Shown here piece by piece: positions 12,756 through 21,496 of a stretch of DNA of 28,769 nt. Numbering within the stretch: the first letter of the stretch is position 1; every line of letters starts with the position of its first letter. A program made the translations under genes and the position numbers. Source of the DNA: a virus (lineage: Duplodnaviria > Heunggongvirae > Uroviricota > Caudoviricetes); the IMG/VR virus record IMGVR_UViG_2529292720_000011. The stretch is one strand, 5' to 3'. The notes under the pieces are model-generated. The model was not told where the DNA came from. It did not search any database and was given only the letters and a program-made list of their open reading frames with translations.

Positions 12756-14506
12756 CAGAACTCCATAACCGTGAAACGCTCGTTTTCTCCTTCGCCGCCA
12801 ATCGGTTCATTAATGACAGCAAGCATGGTTGCCCACGCAAGGTCGCCGTGGCTGATCCCCCTCGCTCGGTCCGTTTCGTAAGTGATAAAGCCGCCCGGTG
12901 TTTTCACCTTACGCACGGCGTTAAAGGCCGCGACCAGCTCGCGTTCGGCACGATCGTATTCCCACCGCCCGGCACGCATTATTTGCAGCATTTTCAGTAC
13001 CAGCGACCGTTTTGATGACAGCGTGAAGGTGTACGGAATAGCAGCAGGGAAAAACCGTTTCACTATCTGATAAACGGCATCCCCGTGCCCGCCAGTCGCA
13101 TCAATGCCGATGTGTTCCACGTTGTAGCGACACGTGAACTCTTCAATGACTCTGGCCTGTTCTTCAAACTCCAGCCCCTGAACGCGTCGCGTCTCCACCG
13201 TTCGAAAACGGCCACCAGGAACAGCCGGAGGAACCACCACGGACACCGCGCCGCTGTCGCCGTTTCCACTGCTGCCGTTTGCGTCATACCCAATCCATAC
13301 CGGACGATTCCCCATCGGGCGGGGAGCAAAAGGTTTCCAGTCTTTCCAGTCGTCGTATCCATCAACACCGCAGCCAATCAGGATATTCAGGTTAAATGCC
13401 GATTCCCCTTCGCGGACAAACTCACACATATAGAGATTGCGGAACTCGTCTTCGGTGTTTTCATCACGAATTTCATCAATATCGGTGTGTTTCCAGCCGT
13501 GATTAACCACATCTTCCAGCGTGACAATTTGCCGCCACGTCCGGTCGGGGCAGATAAGTCCGTTATGCAGCGTTTTCCAGTCCACAGAAAAACGCTGGCG
13601 TTTATGCGCGGCCTTTTTCTCGTTCCAGCGGTCGCCGTTCCAATAGACGTATGCCTCGTGCGTTTCGGTGGATGGCGTGGAGAAGTAGGTGCGCCGCAGT
13701 CCGCTGAGGGTTGCCATAGCGCCAGCCACCTTGCGCAGTTCAGCAAAGCGACTGACCCAGAAAAATTCATCAAAATAAAAATTGCCTGTGTAGGACTGTG
13801 CCGTCGCAGCAGAAGTACCGAGAAAATGCAGTTCTGCGCCGTTGGAGAGGATGATTTTATCGCCCCCTTTCAGCTCCACATCAACTTCAGCCGCGGCCTT
13901 CTGAATAATGCTTTTAAACTGGAACGCCTGACGACGCGACGCAGACAAAAAAATCTGGTTACGCTGGTAAGGTTGTGCCACATCGTCACGCAGCGCCATC
14001 AGCAGTGCTTCCTGTGCAAAATACCAGGTCGCCCCAATCTGTCGGGATTTCAGGATCATCCTGTTACGTATCCCGGCTTCACTGCAAAGGGTCAGGGAGT
14101 CAAACCAGCCCCGCTGATGCCACTCCAGCCTGCTGATGATTTTTTCCCGCAGTGCGGCAATCTGCTCCGGCGTGAAATGATTTTTAAGTTTTTTCGCCCG
14201 GCCTTTCTTTCCTGTGGCCGTCGCATCCGGCTGGCCATCATGCAGTTTTTTAAGCTGCCGGGTCAGCAGGTCTATTTCCTTAAAGTCACCACCTGTTTTA
14301 TTCTGTTTTTCAGTAAGCTGGATGAGGCGCGCATCGATGGACTGCGTGACACGCTGCACGGGGGGCGTTTCATCCCACTGGTCGCGTTTTTTCCACGCAT
14401 AAATCGTGTTCGGGTTTATTCCCATCAGACGTGATATTTCTGCGGGCGGATAACCCTGCCAGTAAAGTTGCCGCGCACGCTGGCGCACAAAAGCGTCCTG
14501 AATCAT
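12755..14506 (-). CDS. P: Terminase large (ATPase) subunit (P2 gpP)
   Basis: 583 aa. It has an N-terminal HTH-like region and a terminase ATPase/nuclease body. It is adjacent to the portal gene as in P2. Confidence 0.9.
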   Translation of the reverse strand: MIQDAFVRQRARQLYWQGYPPAEISRLMGINPNTIYAWKKRDQWDETPPVQRVTQSIDARLIQLTEKQNKTGGDFKEIDLLTRQLKKLHDGQPDATATGKKGRAKKLKNHFTPEQIAALREKIISRLEWHQRGWFDSLTLCSEAGIRNRMILKSRQIGATWYFAQEALLMALRDDVAQPYQRNQIFLSASRRQAFQFKSIIQKAAAEVDVELKGGDKIILSNGAELHFLGTSAATAQSYTGNFYFDEFFWVSRFAELRKVAGAMATLSGLRRTYFSTPSTETHEAYVYWNGDRWNEKKAAHKRQRFSVDWKTLHNGLICPDRTWRQIVTLEDVVNHGWKHTDIDEIRDENTEDEFRNLYMCEFVREGESAFNLNILIGCGVDGYDDWKDWKPFAPRPMGNRPVWIGYDANGSSGNGDSGAVSVVVPPAVPGGRFRTVETRRVQGLEFEEQARVIEEFTCRYNVEHIGIDATGGHGDAVYQIVKRFFPAAIPYTFTLSSKRSLVLKMLQIMRAGRWEYDRAERELVAAFNAVRKVKTPGGFITYETDRARGISHGDLAWATMLAVINEPIGGEGENERFTVMEF

Positions 14507-14660
14507 TGCTCCCCCTGAGTAATTACAGGAAGATTACCCGCGCGCGAAACCGTTCTCCTTAACCCCCTGTTCTGGCCGTTTTCTTACAACAAAAGCCCTT
14601 TGTATCAGCCTGTTACGCTTTGCCATCATGACTGAAGAACCAGTCAGAGGGGCAAAAACT
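14507..14660. promoter_or_regulatory. Divergent late-promoter region (PP/PO position)
   Basis: Gap between divergent P and O. In P2 this holds Ogr-activated late promoters. A TGT (14568-14570)...ACA (14586-14588) dyad is present, but I could not confirm canonical spacing. Confidence 0.4.
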
Positions 14661-15497
14661 ATGGCTAATGAAAAAAAGACATCCCGCAAAAAGTTTCGCG
14701 TGGCTGTCTCCGGATCAACTGTTGATGGCCGTGAAATCAGTCCGGTGCATCTGCGTGAAGCCGCCGAGAACTTCAACCCGGATGTTTACGCTGCCCGCGT
14801 GAACGTTGAGCACTATCTCTCGCCATGCCCGTCAAGCGAATTTTCCGCAATGGGCGATGTCACCGCACTGAGTACGGAAGACATTACGGAAGGTCCGCTG
14901 GCCGGACGTACTGCGCTGTATGCAGAAATCGAACCGACCGAGCGCATGAAGCAGCTTGTCGCGGACGGCAAGAAAATCTATTCCAGTATCGAACTGCACC
15001 CGCAGTTCTCCGTTAACGGGCGCGCCTATCTGGTCGGGCTGGCGATGACCGACACCCCGGCAAGCCTGGGCACTGAGCGCCTGAAATTCACGGCACAGCA
15101 ACGTCAGGCGGTGATGACGTTCAACAGTGTCCAGGGTGAAGCACCGCTCATTTCCGAAGCCATCGAGTCTGAAATCATCGAAATGGCAGAACAACGCCAG
15201 GAAGAAGGCACCCAGTGGTTTAACCGCGTAATGGGGATTATTGGTCGTGGCCGCAAAGCGGATGACGCCAGTTTCTCCCGTATTCAGGAAGCGGTGGAAG
15301 GCGTCGCAACGTCACAGGCCGACATTATCGACCGTTTTAATGTGCTGGAAACCCGCCATCAGCAGGACCGCCAGAAAATCACGTCACTGACCACAGAGCT
15401 GACAGCACTGAAGGAAAAACTGCGCACGCAGGACGGCGATCCGCAGAACCGCTTCACCGCAACGGGCGCAGCCTCCGACCAGCTGGCTGACTTCTGA
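14661..15497 (+). CDS. O: Capsid scaffolding protein (P2 gpO)
   Basis: ATG 14661 with SD GAGGGG upstream. This is preferred over 14628, which has no SD. KKFRVAVSGSTVDGREISPVHLREAAENFNP parallels the P2 O N-terminus (from memory). Confidence 0.9.
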   Translation: MANEKKTSRKKFRVAVSGSTVDGREISPVHLREAAENFNPDVYAARVNVEHYLSPCPSSEFSAMGDVTALSTEDITEGPLAGRTALYAEIEPTERMKQLVADGKKIYSSIELHPQFSVNGRAYLVGLAMTDTPASLGTERLKFTAQQRQAVMTFNSVQGEAPLISEAIESEIIEMAEQRQEEGTQWFNRVMGIIGRGRKADDASFSRIQEAVEGVATSQADIIDRFNVLETRHQQDRQKITSLTTELTALKEKLRTQDGDPQNRFTATGAASDQLADF

Positions 15498-15519
15498 TAA
15501 GACAAAGGAGCAAATTTTT

Positions 15520-16572
15520 ATGAATCTGGTGATGTCAGATATTACCCGCAACAAGCTGGGTTGCTATATGGCGCAGCAGGCGTCGCTTAACAATATCCCG
15601 GTATCTGCACTGGTATCGCGATTTACCGTGGAACCCTCGGTGCAGCAGCGTTTTGAAAACGCAGTAAAGGAGAGCACTGAATTTACAAAAAAAATTAACG
15701 TGTTCGGTGTGACTGACCAGAAAGGCGAAAAAATCCTCCTGGACACCACCGGGCCGATTGCGCGCACGAATACCAGTTATGACGGCACAAAACGCCGTAA
15801 CCCGAATAACGTGGTTGATCTGAAAAACCGCAAATACCAGTGCGAACAGGTGAACTACGACACGTTTATTTCGTATCCGCAGCTTGATGCCTGGGCGGCA
15901 CACCCTGATTTTCAGTCCCGCGTCAGCACACAGATTGCCCGGCAGGTGGCGCTTGACCGCATCATGATCGGTTTCAACGGCACGTCTCACGCGGATGAGT
16001 CCAACTTCAGCACTAACAAGCTGCTTCAGGACGTTAACGTGGGATGGCTGGAGCACATCAGAACCGACGCCAGCGAGCGCGTTATGAATGATGTAACGCT
16101 GACCTCCCGCAACATGGACAACACCGTGGCGCACGCGGGTAAATATGCGAACGCTGATGCACTGGTACAGGACGCGCGCTCATCCCTGCTGGATGAATGG
16201 CACAAGGAAGCTGACGACCTCGTGGTGATTATGGGGCGCAACCTGTTTAACTCGCTGCGTCTGCCCGTGCTGAACAGCATCAGCGGCCAGAATCCCAATG
16301 CGGAATTACTTGCCGGACAGCTCATCCTGTCATCGCGCGCCATTGGCGGGCTGGATGTATTCCTTGCGCCGTTCTTCCCGGATGCAACGATGCTGATCAC
16401 CTCGTTCAACAACCTGTCAATTTACTGGCAGAAAGGAACAATGCGTCGCCTGATGAAAGACGAGCCGGAATACAACCGCATCGCCACCTACCAGTCCATC
16501 AATGACGCTTATGTCGTTGAAGACTATGGCAAGTGCGCGATGGTCACTGGCCTGAAGTTCGCCGACAGCTAA
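15520..16572 (+). CDS. N: Major capsid protein (P2 gpN)
   Basis: 350 aa with SD AAGGAG. FTVEPSVQQ...STEFTKKINV...KGEKI resembles P2 N. Confidence 0.92.
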   Translation: MNLVMSDITRNKLGCYMAQQASLNNIPVSALVSRFTVEPSVQQRFENAVKESTEFTKKINVFGVTDQKGEKILLDTTGPIARTNTSYDGTKRRNPNNVVDLKNRKYQCEQVNYDTFISYPQLDAWAAHPDFQSRVSTQIARQVALDRIMIGFNGTSHADESNFSTNKLLQDVNVGWLEHIRTDASERVMNDVTLTSRNMDNTVAHAGKYANADALVQDARSSLLDEWHKEADDLVVIMGRNLFNSLRLPVLNSISGQNPNAELLAGQLILSSRAIGGLDVFLAPFFPDATMLITSFNNLSIYWQKGTMRRLMKDEPEYNRIATYQSINDAYVVEDYGKCAMVTGLKFADS

Positions 16573-16617
16573 TCCCCTCACGGCGGGCATCATGCCCGCC
16601 TGTAACGGAGAGAAAAA

Positions 16618-17418
16618 ATGATTACTCCTGCACAGCAACACTGGCAGAACGTGATGGCACAGCGCGCAGGCCGGGCGAATGAAGGCGTGGACCATGCCGC
16701 GCGTACCGCGCATGAAGAGGTGCTGTATCGTCTGCGTCTGGCACAGGCCCGGCTTAAGGGCGTACAGGCCAGAAGCGCGAAAGCCGCCATCAAAAAAGAG
16801 TTATTGCCGGACTTTTCCGGCTGGATTGAGGGAACGCTGGAGGCTGACGGCGGGCAGCAGGATGAAGTGATTGCCACGCTGATGGTGTGGGCGATTGACT
16901 GCGGCGATCTTCCGCTGGCGCTGCGTATTGGTGCATATGTGGTCCGTCACAACCTCATCATGCCGGATAACTTTGGACGTACTGCTGCCACGGTACTGAC
17001 CGAAGAAATCTGTAATCCGGTACTGACGCAGGCCGGGACGGATGCCGACGCGGATTTGTCCGCCTTTATCGAACCACTGGACACCCTCCGGGAGATTGTC
17101 ACCGACCAGGACATGCCGGACGAAGTGCGCGCCAAATTATGCAAAGCGTGCGCCTTTGCCCGCCGTGGCCTGACCGATGCGGACAGCATGGCCTCATCAC
17201 TGAAGCTGCTGCGCGAAGCGATGCACCTGAACCCGAACGCAGGTGTGAAACGCGAGATTGCAACCCTTTCCCGCGCCCTGAAAAAAGCCGATTCCGCAGC
17301 CGCACCAGAAGATGCCAGCACACCGCAGGCGCAGGACGAAAGCAGCAAAAGTAAAAAGACAACGCGGAAGCCTGCAACACGAAAAACCACCGCGACGCAG
17401 AAGGCGAAGCGCGGTTAA
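16618..17418 (+). CDS. M: Terminase small/endonuclease subunit (P2 gpM)
   Basis: 266 aa. Its position after N matches P2, and it has a basic C-terminal tail. Confidence 0.85.
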   Translation: MITPAQQHWQNVMAQRAGRANEGVDHAARTAHEEVLYRLRLAQARLKGVQARSAKAAIKKELLPDFSGWIEGTLEADGGQQDEVIATLMVWAIDCGDLPLALRIGAYVVRHNLIMPDNFGRTAATVLTEEICNPVLTQAGTDADADLSAFIEPLDTLREIVTDQDMPDEVRAKLCKACAFARRGLTDADSMASSLKLLREAMHLNPNAGVKREIATLSRALKKADSAAAPEDASTPQAQDESSKSKKTTRKPATRKTTATQKAKRG

Positions 17419-17434
17419 CGACTGACCCCGTCAG

Positions 17435-17507
17435 CGGGCGGCGTGCGCGGTGTTCCGGTTTGACTCCGTGACCGTTTACACCGCGCACCCACCGCCCGAT
17501 TTTTTTC
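17435..17507 (+). terminator. Long GC-rich stem-loop with T7 tail between M and L
   Basis: CGGGCGGCGTGCGCGGTGT (17435-17453) pairs with ACACCGCGCACCCACCGCCCG (17478-17498) as 11 + 7 bp. T7 follows at 17500-17506. Confidence 0.6.
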
Positions 17508-17521
17508 AGGAGTGAACCCCC

Positions 17522-18016
17522 ATGAGTATGGTTGCCAGAACTGAACCAAGACCCGCAGAGGACGACATCACCGATACCGATGATGGTGATACCCGTATTT
17601 CAGCGGGTGCATTCTGGCCGGATATTGTGCTGCGTGAGCTGCGTCTGGCGATACGACTGCCGGGCCGTGTGACCACCTCCCGCCTGCTGCATACCGCCAC
17701 CGGGGCAGTGGCACACGTTACCCGCGAGCTGGAAGCGTGGCAGCAGGAACAGCAGGCGGCTGGCCATCAGACGCTGGCCGATGTTCCGGCACCCGTAATT
17801 AACGGAGAAAGCGTCAATCTCTGGCACTGGCGCAATGCGGTTTACACCGCCACACGCGCCCTGATTCTGGAGCGTTACCGCGATGCGGACACAACGGACA
17901 AGGGCGACCGCCGGGCGGACGCACTGGATATACAGACATCGGATTTGTGGCGCGATGTGAGCTGGGCCATCTCTGACATTCTGTGCCGCCCGCGAATCTT
18001 TGCGGAGTTGTGCTGA
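17522..18016 (+). CDS. L: Head completion/stabilisation protein (P2 gpL)
   Basis: 164 aa, with position and size matching P2 L. Confidence 0.85.
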   Translation: MSMVARTEPRPAEDDITDTDDGDTRISAGAFWPDIVLRELRLAIRLPGRVTTSRLLHTATGAVAHVTRELEAWQQEQQAAGHQTLADVPAPVINGESVNLWHWRNAVYTATRALILERYRDADTTDKGDRRADALDIQTSDLWRDVSWAISDILCRPRIFAELC

Positions 18017-18216
18017 TGAAAGTGAAGGCACTGGAAGGCGACACCGTGGATTCGCTCTGTTTTCGGTACTACGGCACGACGCAGGGCGTCACCGAAAAGG
18101 TGCTGGATGCCAACCCCGGACTCTGTCAGCAGGTATTTCTGGACGCCGGGCAGGAAGTGGAGATGCCGGAGCCGGAGAAGAAGAAACGAGAAATGATTCA
18201 GTTGTGGGGGGAGTAG
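18016..18216 (+). CDS. X: Tail protein X (P2 gpX, LysM-like)
   Basis: The ATG at 18016 overlaps the L stop (TGATG). MKVKALEGDTVDSLCFRYYG is typical of gpX. The track ORF start at 17983 is an upstream extension. Confidence 0.85.
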   Translation: MKVKALEGDTVDSLCFRYYGTTQGVTEKVLDANPGLCQQVFLDAGQEVEMPEPEKKKREMIQLWGE

Positions 18217-18218
18217 CA

Positions 18219-18542
18219 GTGAGCACCATTCAAACAGGGATCACAGAGCAGGTTATTGCGTGGCTCTTTGACCACCTGCCAACGGTGTATGCAGTAGGCG
18301 CGGCGGTCAGCATTTCCGCGCTGATGAGTCTTTATGACGGACGAACACTGGTTCAGACCGTAACGGGATCGCTGGCGTGCGGCGTTCTTGCCATGGCCGT
18401 GGCCGGGTCGTTGCGCTTCTTCGGGTTTCCTGAAGATGCCGTGACGTTTATCGGCGCATCAATCGGTTTTATGGGTGCAGAGAAAGCACGCGACAAGGTT
18501 ATTGCGGCCTTTAATCGCAGGGTGAAGGAGAAAGACGAATGA
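18219..18542 (+). CDS. Holin (multi-TM)
   Basis: GTG 18219 with a GGGGGGAG SD. The 107-aa product has 2-3 hydrophobic helices and a charged C-terminal tail (RRVKEKDE). Its stop overlaps the endolysin start. Confidence 0.7.
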   Translation: MSTIQTGITEQVIAWLFDHLPTVYAVGAAVSISALMSLYDGRTLVQTVTGSLACGVLAMAVAGSLRFFGFPEDAVTFIGASIGFMGAEKARDKVIAAFNRRVKEKDE

Positions 18543-18931
18543 GCAACACATTTAAATTCAGCAGCCGGAGCGAAAAGAATTTGCAGGGCGTAAATCCTGA
18601 TCTGGTGAAAGTGACCCGACGAGCACTGGAAATCTCGGAAGTGGATTTTGGTATCACCGAAGGGTTGCGCAGCCGTTACCGCCAGAAGCAACTTGTGGCC
18701 ACAGGTAAGAGCCAGACCAGGAACAGCCGCCACCTTACGGGGCATGCCGTGGATGTTGTGGCTTATATCGGCAGCCAGGTGTCATGGGAATGGCCGCTGT
18801 ACGAAAAAATCGCAGCAGCATTCAGACAGGCCAGCCGGGAACTGAATATTCCGGTGGAATGGGGCGGCGACTGGAAGACCCTGAAAGACGGACCGCATTT
18901 TCAGTTACCACACGGAGCCTATCCGGCATGA
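18539..18931 (+). CDS. Endolysin, peptidase M15 (VanY / L-alanyl-D-glutamate peptidase type)
   Basis: 130 aa with SRHLTGHAVDV and GGDW...DGPHFQ, the zinc ligand motifs of M15 peptidases. It differs from the lysozyme-type P2 K. Confidence 0.85.
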   Translation: MSNTFKFSSRSEKNLQGVNPDLVKVTRRALEISEVDFGITEGLRSRYRQKQLVATGKSQTRNSRHLTGHAVDVVAYIGSQVSWEWPLYEKIAAAFRQASRELNIPVEWGGDWKTLKDGPHFQLPHGAYPA

Positions 18932-19335
18932 AGCTCTGGCCCACGCTGGGCGTCGCTTTCCTTCTGATTGCCGCATGGGGAACATCCATGCGTCTGTCGT
19001 GGTCGCTGGGCCGGGAGAACGCCAGAAACGAAGCGCAGGCCAGCACCCTGAAAAGTACCGTCGACACCCTGAATATCATCAGCGCCGGGGTACAGGATAT
19101 GCAGCAGGTGCTGGCACAACTCCGCGTGGAAAATCAGCAACGCAATCAGGACGGAGAAGCCAGACGTGAACAGCTACGCAACGATATTGCAAAAGATGAA
19201 TGCGCCCCCGCTTTGCCTGATGCTCGTTTTACTGACAGGTTGCGCAGGCACGCTGAACGCGCCACGGCCAGCGCCGTCAGTCCGGCTTATACCGCAGACG
19301 CTGACCATACCGGTAACGCCTCCCCCCGTCCCTGA
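18928..19335 (+). CDS. i-spanin (Rz / LysB-like)
   Basis: The ATG at 18928 is coupled to the endolysin stop. The product has an N-terminal TM helix (LWPTLGVAFLLIAAWG) followed by a coiled-coil region. Confidence 0.8.
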   Translation: MKLWPTLGVAFLLIAAWGTSMRLSWSLGRENARNEAQASTLKSTVDTLNIISAGVQDMQQVLAQLRVENQQRNQDGEARREQLRNDIAKDECAPALPDARFTDRLRRHAERATASAVSPAYTADADHTGNASPRP

Positions 19336-19486
19336 CACTCCCACATGGGGAAATCTCGGTATATGGGGCGACCGCCTTCTGGATGCACTGGAAACCTGTA
19401 ACGCGGATAAACGGGCCATTGAATTACTGGAACAGCGCAGGCTGCAACGACTGAACAACGAGGACAACAACCATGCTGAAAACTGA
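19196..19486 (+). CDS. o-spanin lipoprotein (Rz1 / LysC-like), overlapped architecture
   Basis: MNAPPLCLMLVLLTGC has a lipobox, followed by a proline-rich body. The gene starts inside the i-spanin gene in another frame and extends beyond it. Confidence 0.75.
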   Translation: MNAPPLCLMLVLLTGCAGTLNAPRPAPSVRLIPQTLTIPVTPPPVPDTPTWGNLGIWGDRLLDALETCNADKRAIELLEQRRLQRLNNEDNNHAEN

Positions 19487-19940
19487 TTCCCTGCGTGAAG
19501 CCATGACCCGTTCATGCCGATGGTGTCAGGCCAACCCGGAAAAATTCACCATTTTCGTGGAGAGCGGCAACATTGAAACGACCGGAGAAACGCCCTCGTT
19601 TGTTTAACGCTATCAGATGGTGATGTTTGTCATGGATTACGCCGGGGAGCTGGACGACCTCACGCTGCCGCTACTGGCGTGGTTATCCGAAAATCAGCCA
19701 CAGTTGTTGCTCAATCCGGAGCGTAATCAGGACATCAAATTTTCCGCCGTTATCAATGACGATGACAGCGCCGATCTCCTGTTTACGCTCCCCCTGCGGG
19801 AACGCGTTCGCATTACGCGCAACAGTCAGGGGACACCGCAGGCAGAACACCTGCCGGAGCCAAAACCCCGTCTGCCCTCTTCCGAAGGCGACTGGTCGCA
19901 TGTATTCCAGGATGTGACGTGGGGTGAAAGCAATGGATAA
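19473..19940 (+). pseudogene. R: Tail completion protein gpR interrupted by an in-frame TAA
   Basis: MLKTDSLREA...ETPSFV then TAA (19605-19607) then RYQMVMFVMDYAGELDDLTLPLLAWLSENQP, all in one frame. This is colinear with P2 R (...SFEKRYTLNVIVTDFTGDFDLLIVPVLAWLRENQP, from memory). Confidence 0.8.
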
Positions 19941-20592
19941 GGCATTCACCCGTGTGGATGAAACCTTTGAGGCCATCCGTGACAGCCTGAATCAGCAGGT
20001 CATCAATAACATCGCCAGAAAGCTGGCACAGGATTTACGCCGCGCCCAGCAGGCACGTATCCGGTCACAGAAAGCGCCGGACGGGACCGCGTGGACACCT
20101 CGCAGACGCCGCGTAACCCGGATACAGGAGCGCATTCGCTTTATCTGGAATAACGAAGCACGCACGCTGAAAAACTGGCATCACGACACGGGGAAATACG
20201 GGCGAACCATTACCGGGTGGGATGAGGATAAAAACAATATCCGCACGTTTTACCGGGATGACATCGACCGTTTTCTGGAAATACGCACCCGGCGCATCAA
20301 CCAGGACAGCACAAAGCGCGTCCCCATGTTCGTAAAACTGCGCACCGCCCGCTACCTGAAAGCCCGTGCAGATGCTTCCGGTGTGACGGTGGGTTACAGC
20401 GGCGTGGCCGCACGTATTGCCCGCGTTCATCAGTTCGGTGAGCGCGATCAGGTTGCGCCGGGCATTTTCACCGATTACCCGGTACGTGAGCTGCTGGGTA
20501 TCAGCCAGGCAGATGAGCGCCTGATTTATAACACGGTGCTGGGCCGGATTGCGGAGGCTGTACGGGGAGCGCAGAACTCATGCGACTGCTGA
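19933..20592 (+). CDS. S: Tail completion / virion morphogenesis protein (P2 gpS family), unusually long
   Basis: ATG 19933 with an SD upstream. The product is 219 aa. Conserved blocks APDGTAW.PRRRR, PMFVKLRTARYLKA and RIARVHQFGERD are present. There is an apparent ~70-aa insertion relative to typical ~150-aa gpS. Confidence 0.8.
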   Translation: MDKAFTRVDETFEAIRDSLNQQVINNIARKLAQDLRRAQQARIRSQKAPDGTAWTPRRRRVTRIQERIRFIWNNEARTLKNWHHDTGKYGRTITGWDEDKNNIRTFYRDDIDRFLEIRTRRINQDSTKRVPMFVKLRTARYLKARADASGVTVGYSGVAARIARVHQFGERDQVAPGIFTDYPVRELLGISQADERLIYNTVLGRIAEAVRGAQNSCDC

Positions 20593-21146
20593 GCAATATC
20601 ATCCGCACCGGGATCATCTCTGAAGTTGATGAGAAGTCCTGGCGCGTGCGCGTTCGCAGCGGCGAACTGGAAACAGGCTGGTTGCGCTGGAACACCACGC
20701 GCGCGGGAGCCTTCAATGTGTGGCTGCCGCCATCACCAGGCGAACAGGTGGTAATTGCCTGCATTGGCGGCAACCCGGAAACCGCCATGATAATTGGCAG
20801 CCTGTGGAGTGATACCAGTCCGGCACCCGGCAAAAGCCTGAAAGAAATCGTGATCAGCGCGCCGGACGGCGCGGTGTTCCGCTACGACGCGGACGCAGGC
20901 GCACTGAGCGCCAGCGGCATGAAAACGGCCACCCTGCAGGCATCCGTCAGCGTGAAACTGGATACGCCCGTCGTGGAATGCACAAACCTTCTGAGAACGG
21001 CGACGCTTGACGTCACAAAAGGAGGAAAGATGAGCGGCAATATCACGCACAGCGGCGGCAACTTCACCTCAAACGGCATTACCGTGCATACGCATAAACA
21101 CGGTGGCGTGAAAGGCGGCGGCGATTCGACAGGAGGCCCGCAGTGA
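20580..21146 (+). CDS. V: Baseplate spike/assembly protein (P2 gpV)
   Basis: 188 aa. IRTGIISEVD, GEQVVI..IGG and the C-terminal HTHKHGGV motif match P2 V. Confidence 0.9.
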   Translation: MRLLSNIIRTGIISEVDEKSWRVRVRSGELETGWLRWNTTRAGAFNVWLPPSPGEQVVIACIGGNPETAMIIGSLWSDTSPAPGKSLKEIVISAPDGAVFRYDADAGALSASGMKTATLQASVSVKLDTPVVECTNLLRTATLDVTKGGKMSGNITHSGGNFTSNGITVHTHKHGGVKGGGDSTGGPQ

Positions 21147-21493
21147 CAACCCGCTACACAGGAATGAACCCGGACGGAACGGGAAACCTGAATGATATGG
21201 AGCACCTGAAACAGTCAGTCAGGGACATCCTGACCACCCCGCTGGCAAGCCGGGTTATGCGACGGGAATATGGCAGCCTTGTGCCTGATTTGATTGACGA
21301 ACCCATGAATAACACCACGCGTCTGCAATGCATGAGTGCTGCCGTGATTGCGCTGACACGATGGGAACCCCGCATTGCCCTGGATGCCATCGACGTTGTC
21401 TGGAAAGCGGGAGGCCGCGCCGGGGTGACACTGTCGGGCACTGTCATGCAGACCATGCAGAATGTTGAGTTAACCATCACGCTGAGGGAGTAA
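21143..21493 (+). CDS. W: Baseplate wedge protein (P2 gpW, GPW/gp25 family)
   Basis: 116 aa. The GTG start overlaps the V stop. SVRDILTTPLASRVMRREYGS matches gpW. Confidence 0.9.
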   Translation: MTTRYTGMNPDGTGNLNDMEHLKQSVRDILTTPLASRVMRREYGSLVPDLIDEPMNNTTRLQCMSAAVIALTRWEPRIALDAIDVVWKAGGRAGVTLSGTVMQTMQNVELTITLRE

Positions 21494-21496
21494 ATC

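Noticed and set aside
13085-14434. 449-aa plus-strand ORF
   Set aside because: It is antisense to the terminase large-subunit gene P, which has clear homology and the correct synteny. It is a shadow ORF.
18000-18218. N-terminal 73 aa of the 180-aa track ORF (and the similar 5' extension of ORF 18784..19335)
   Set aside because: These extensions overlap gpX and the endolysin in other frames. Internal starts with an SD and coupled stop/start codons (GTG 18219, ATG 18928) give products matching holin and i-spanin architecture.
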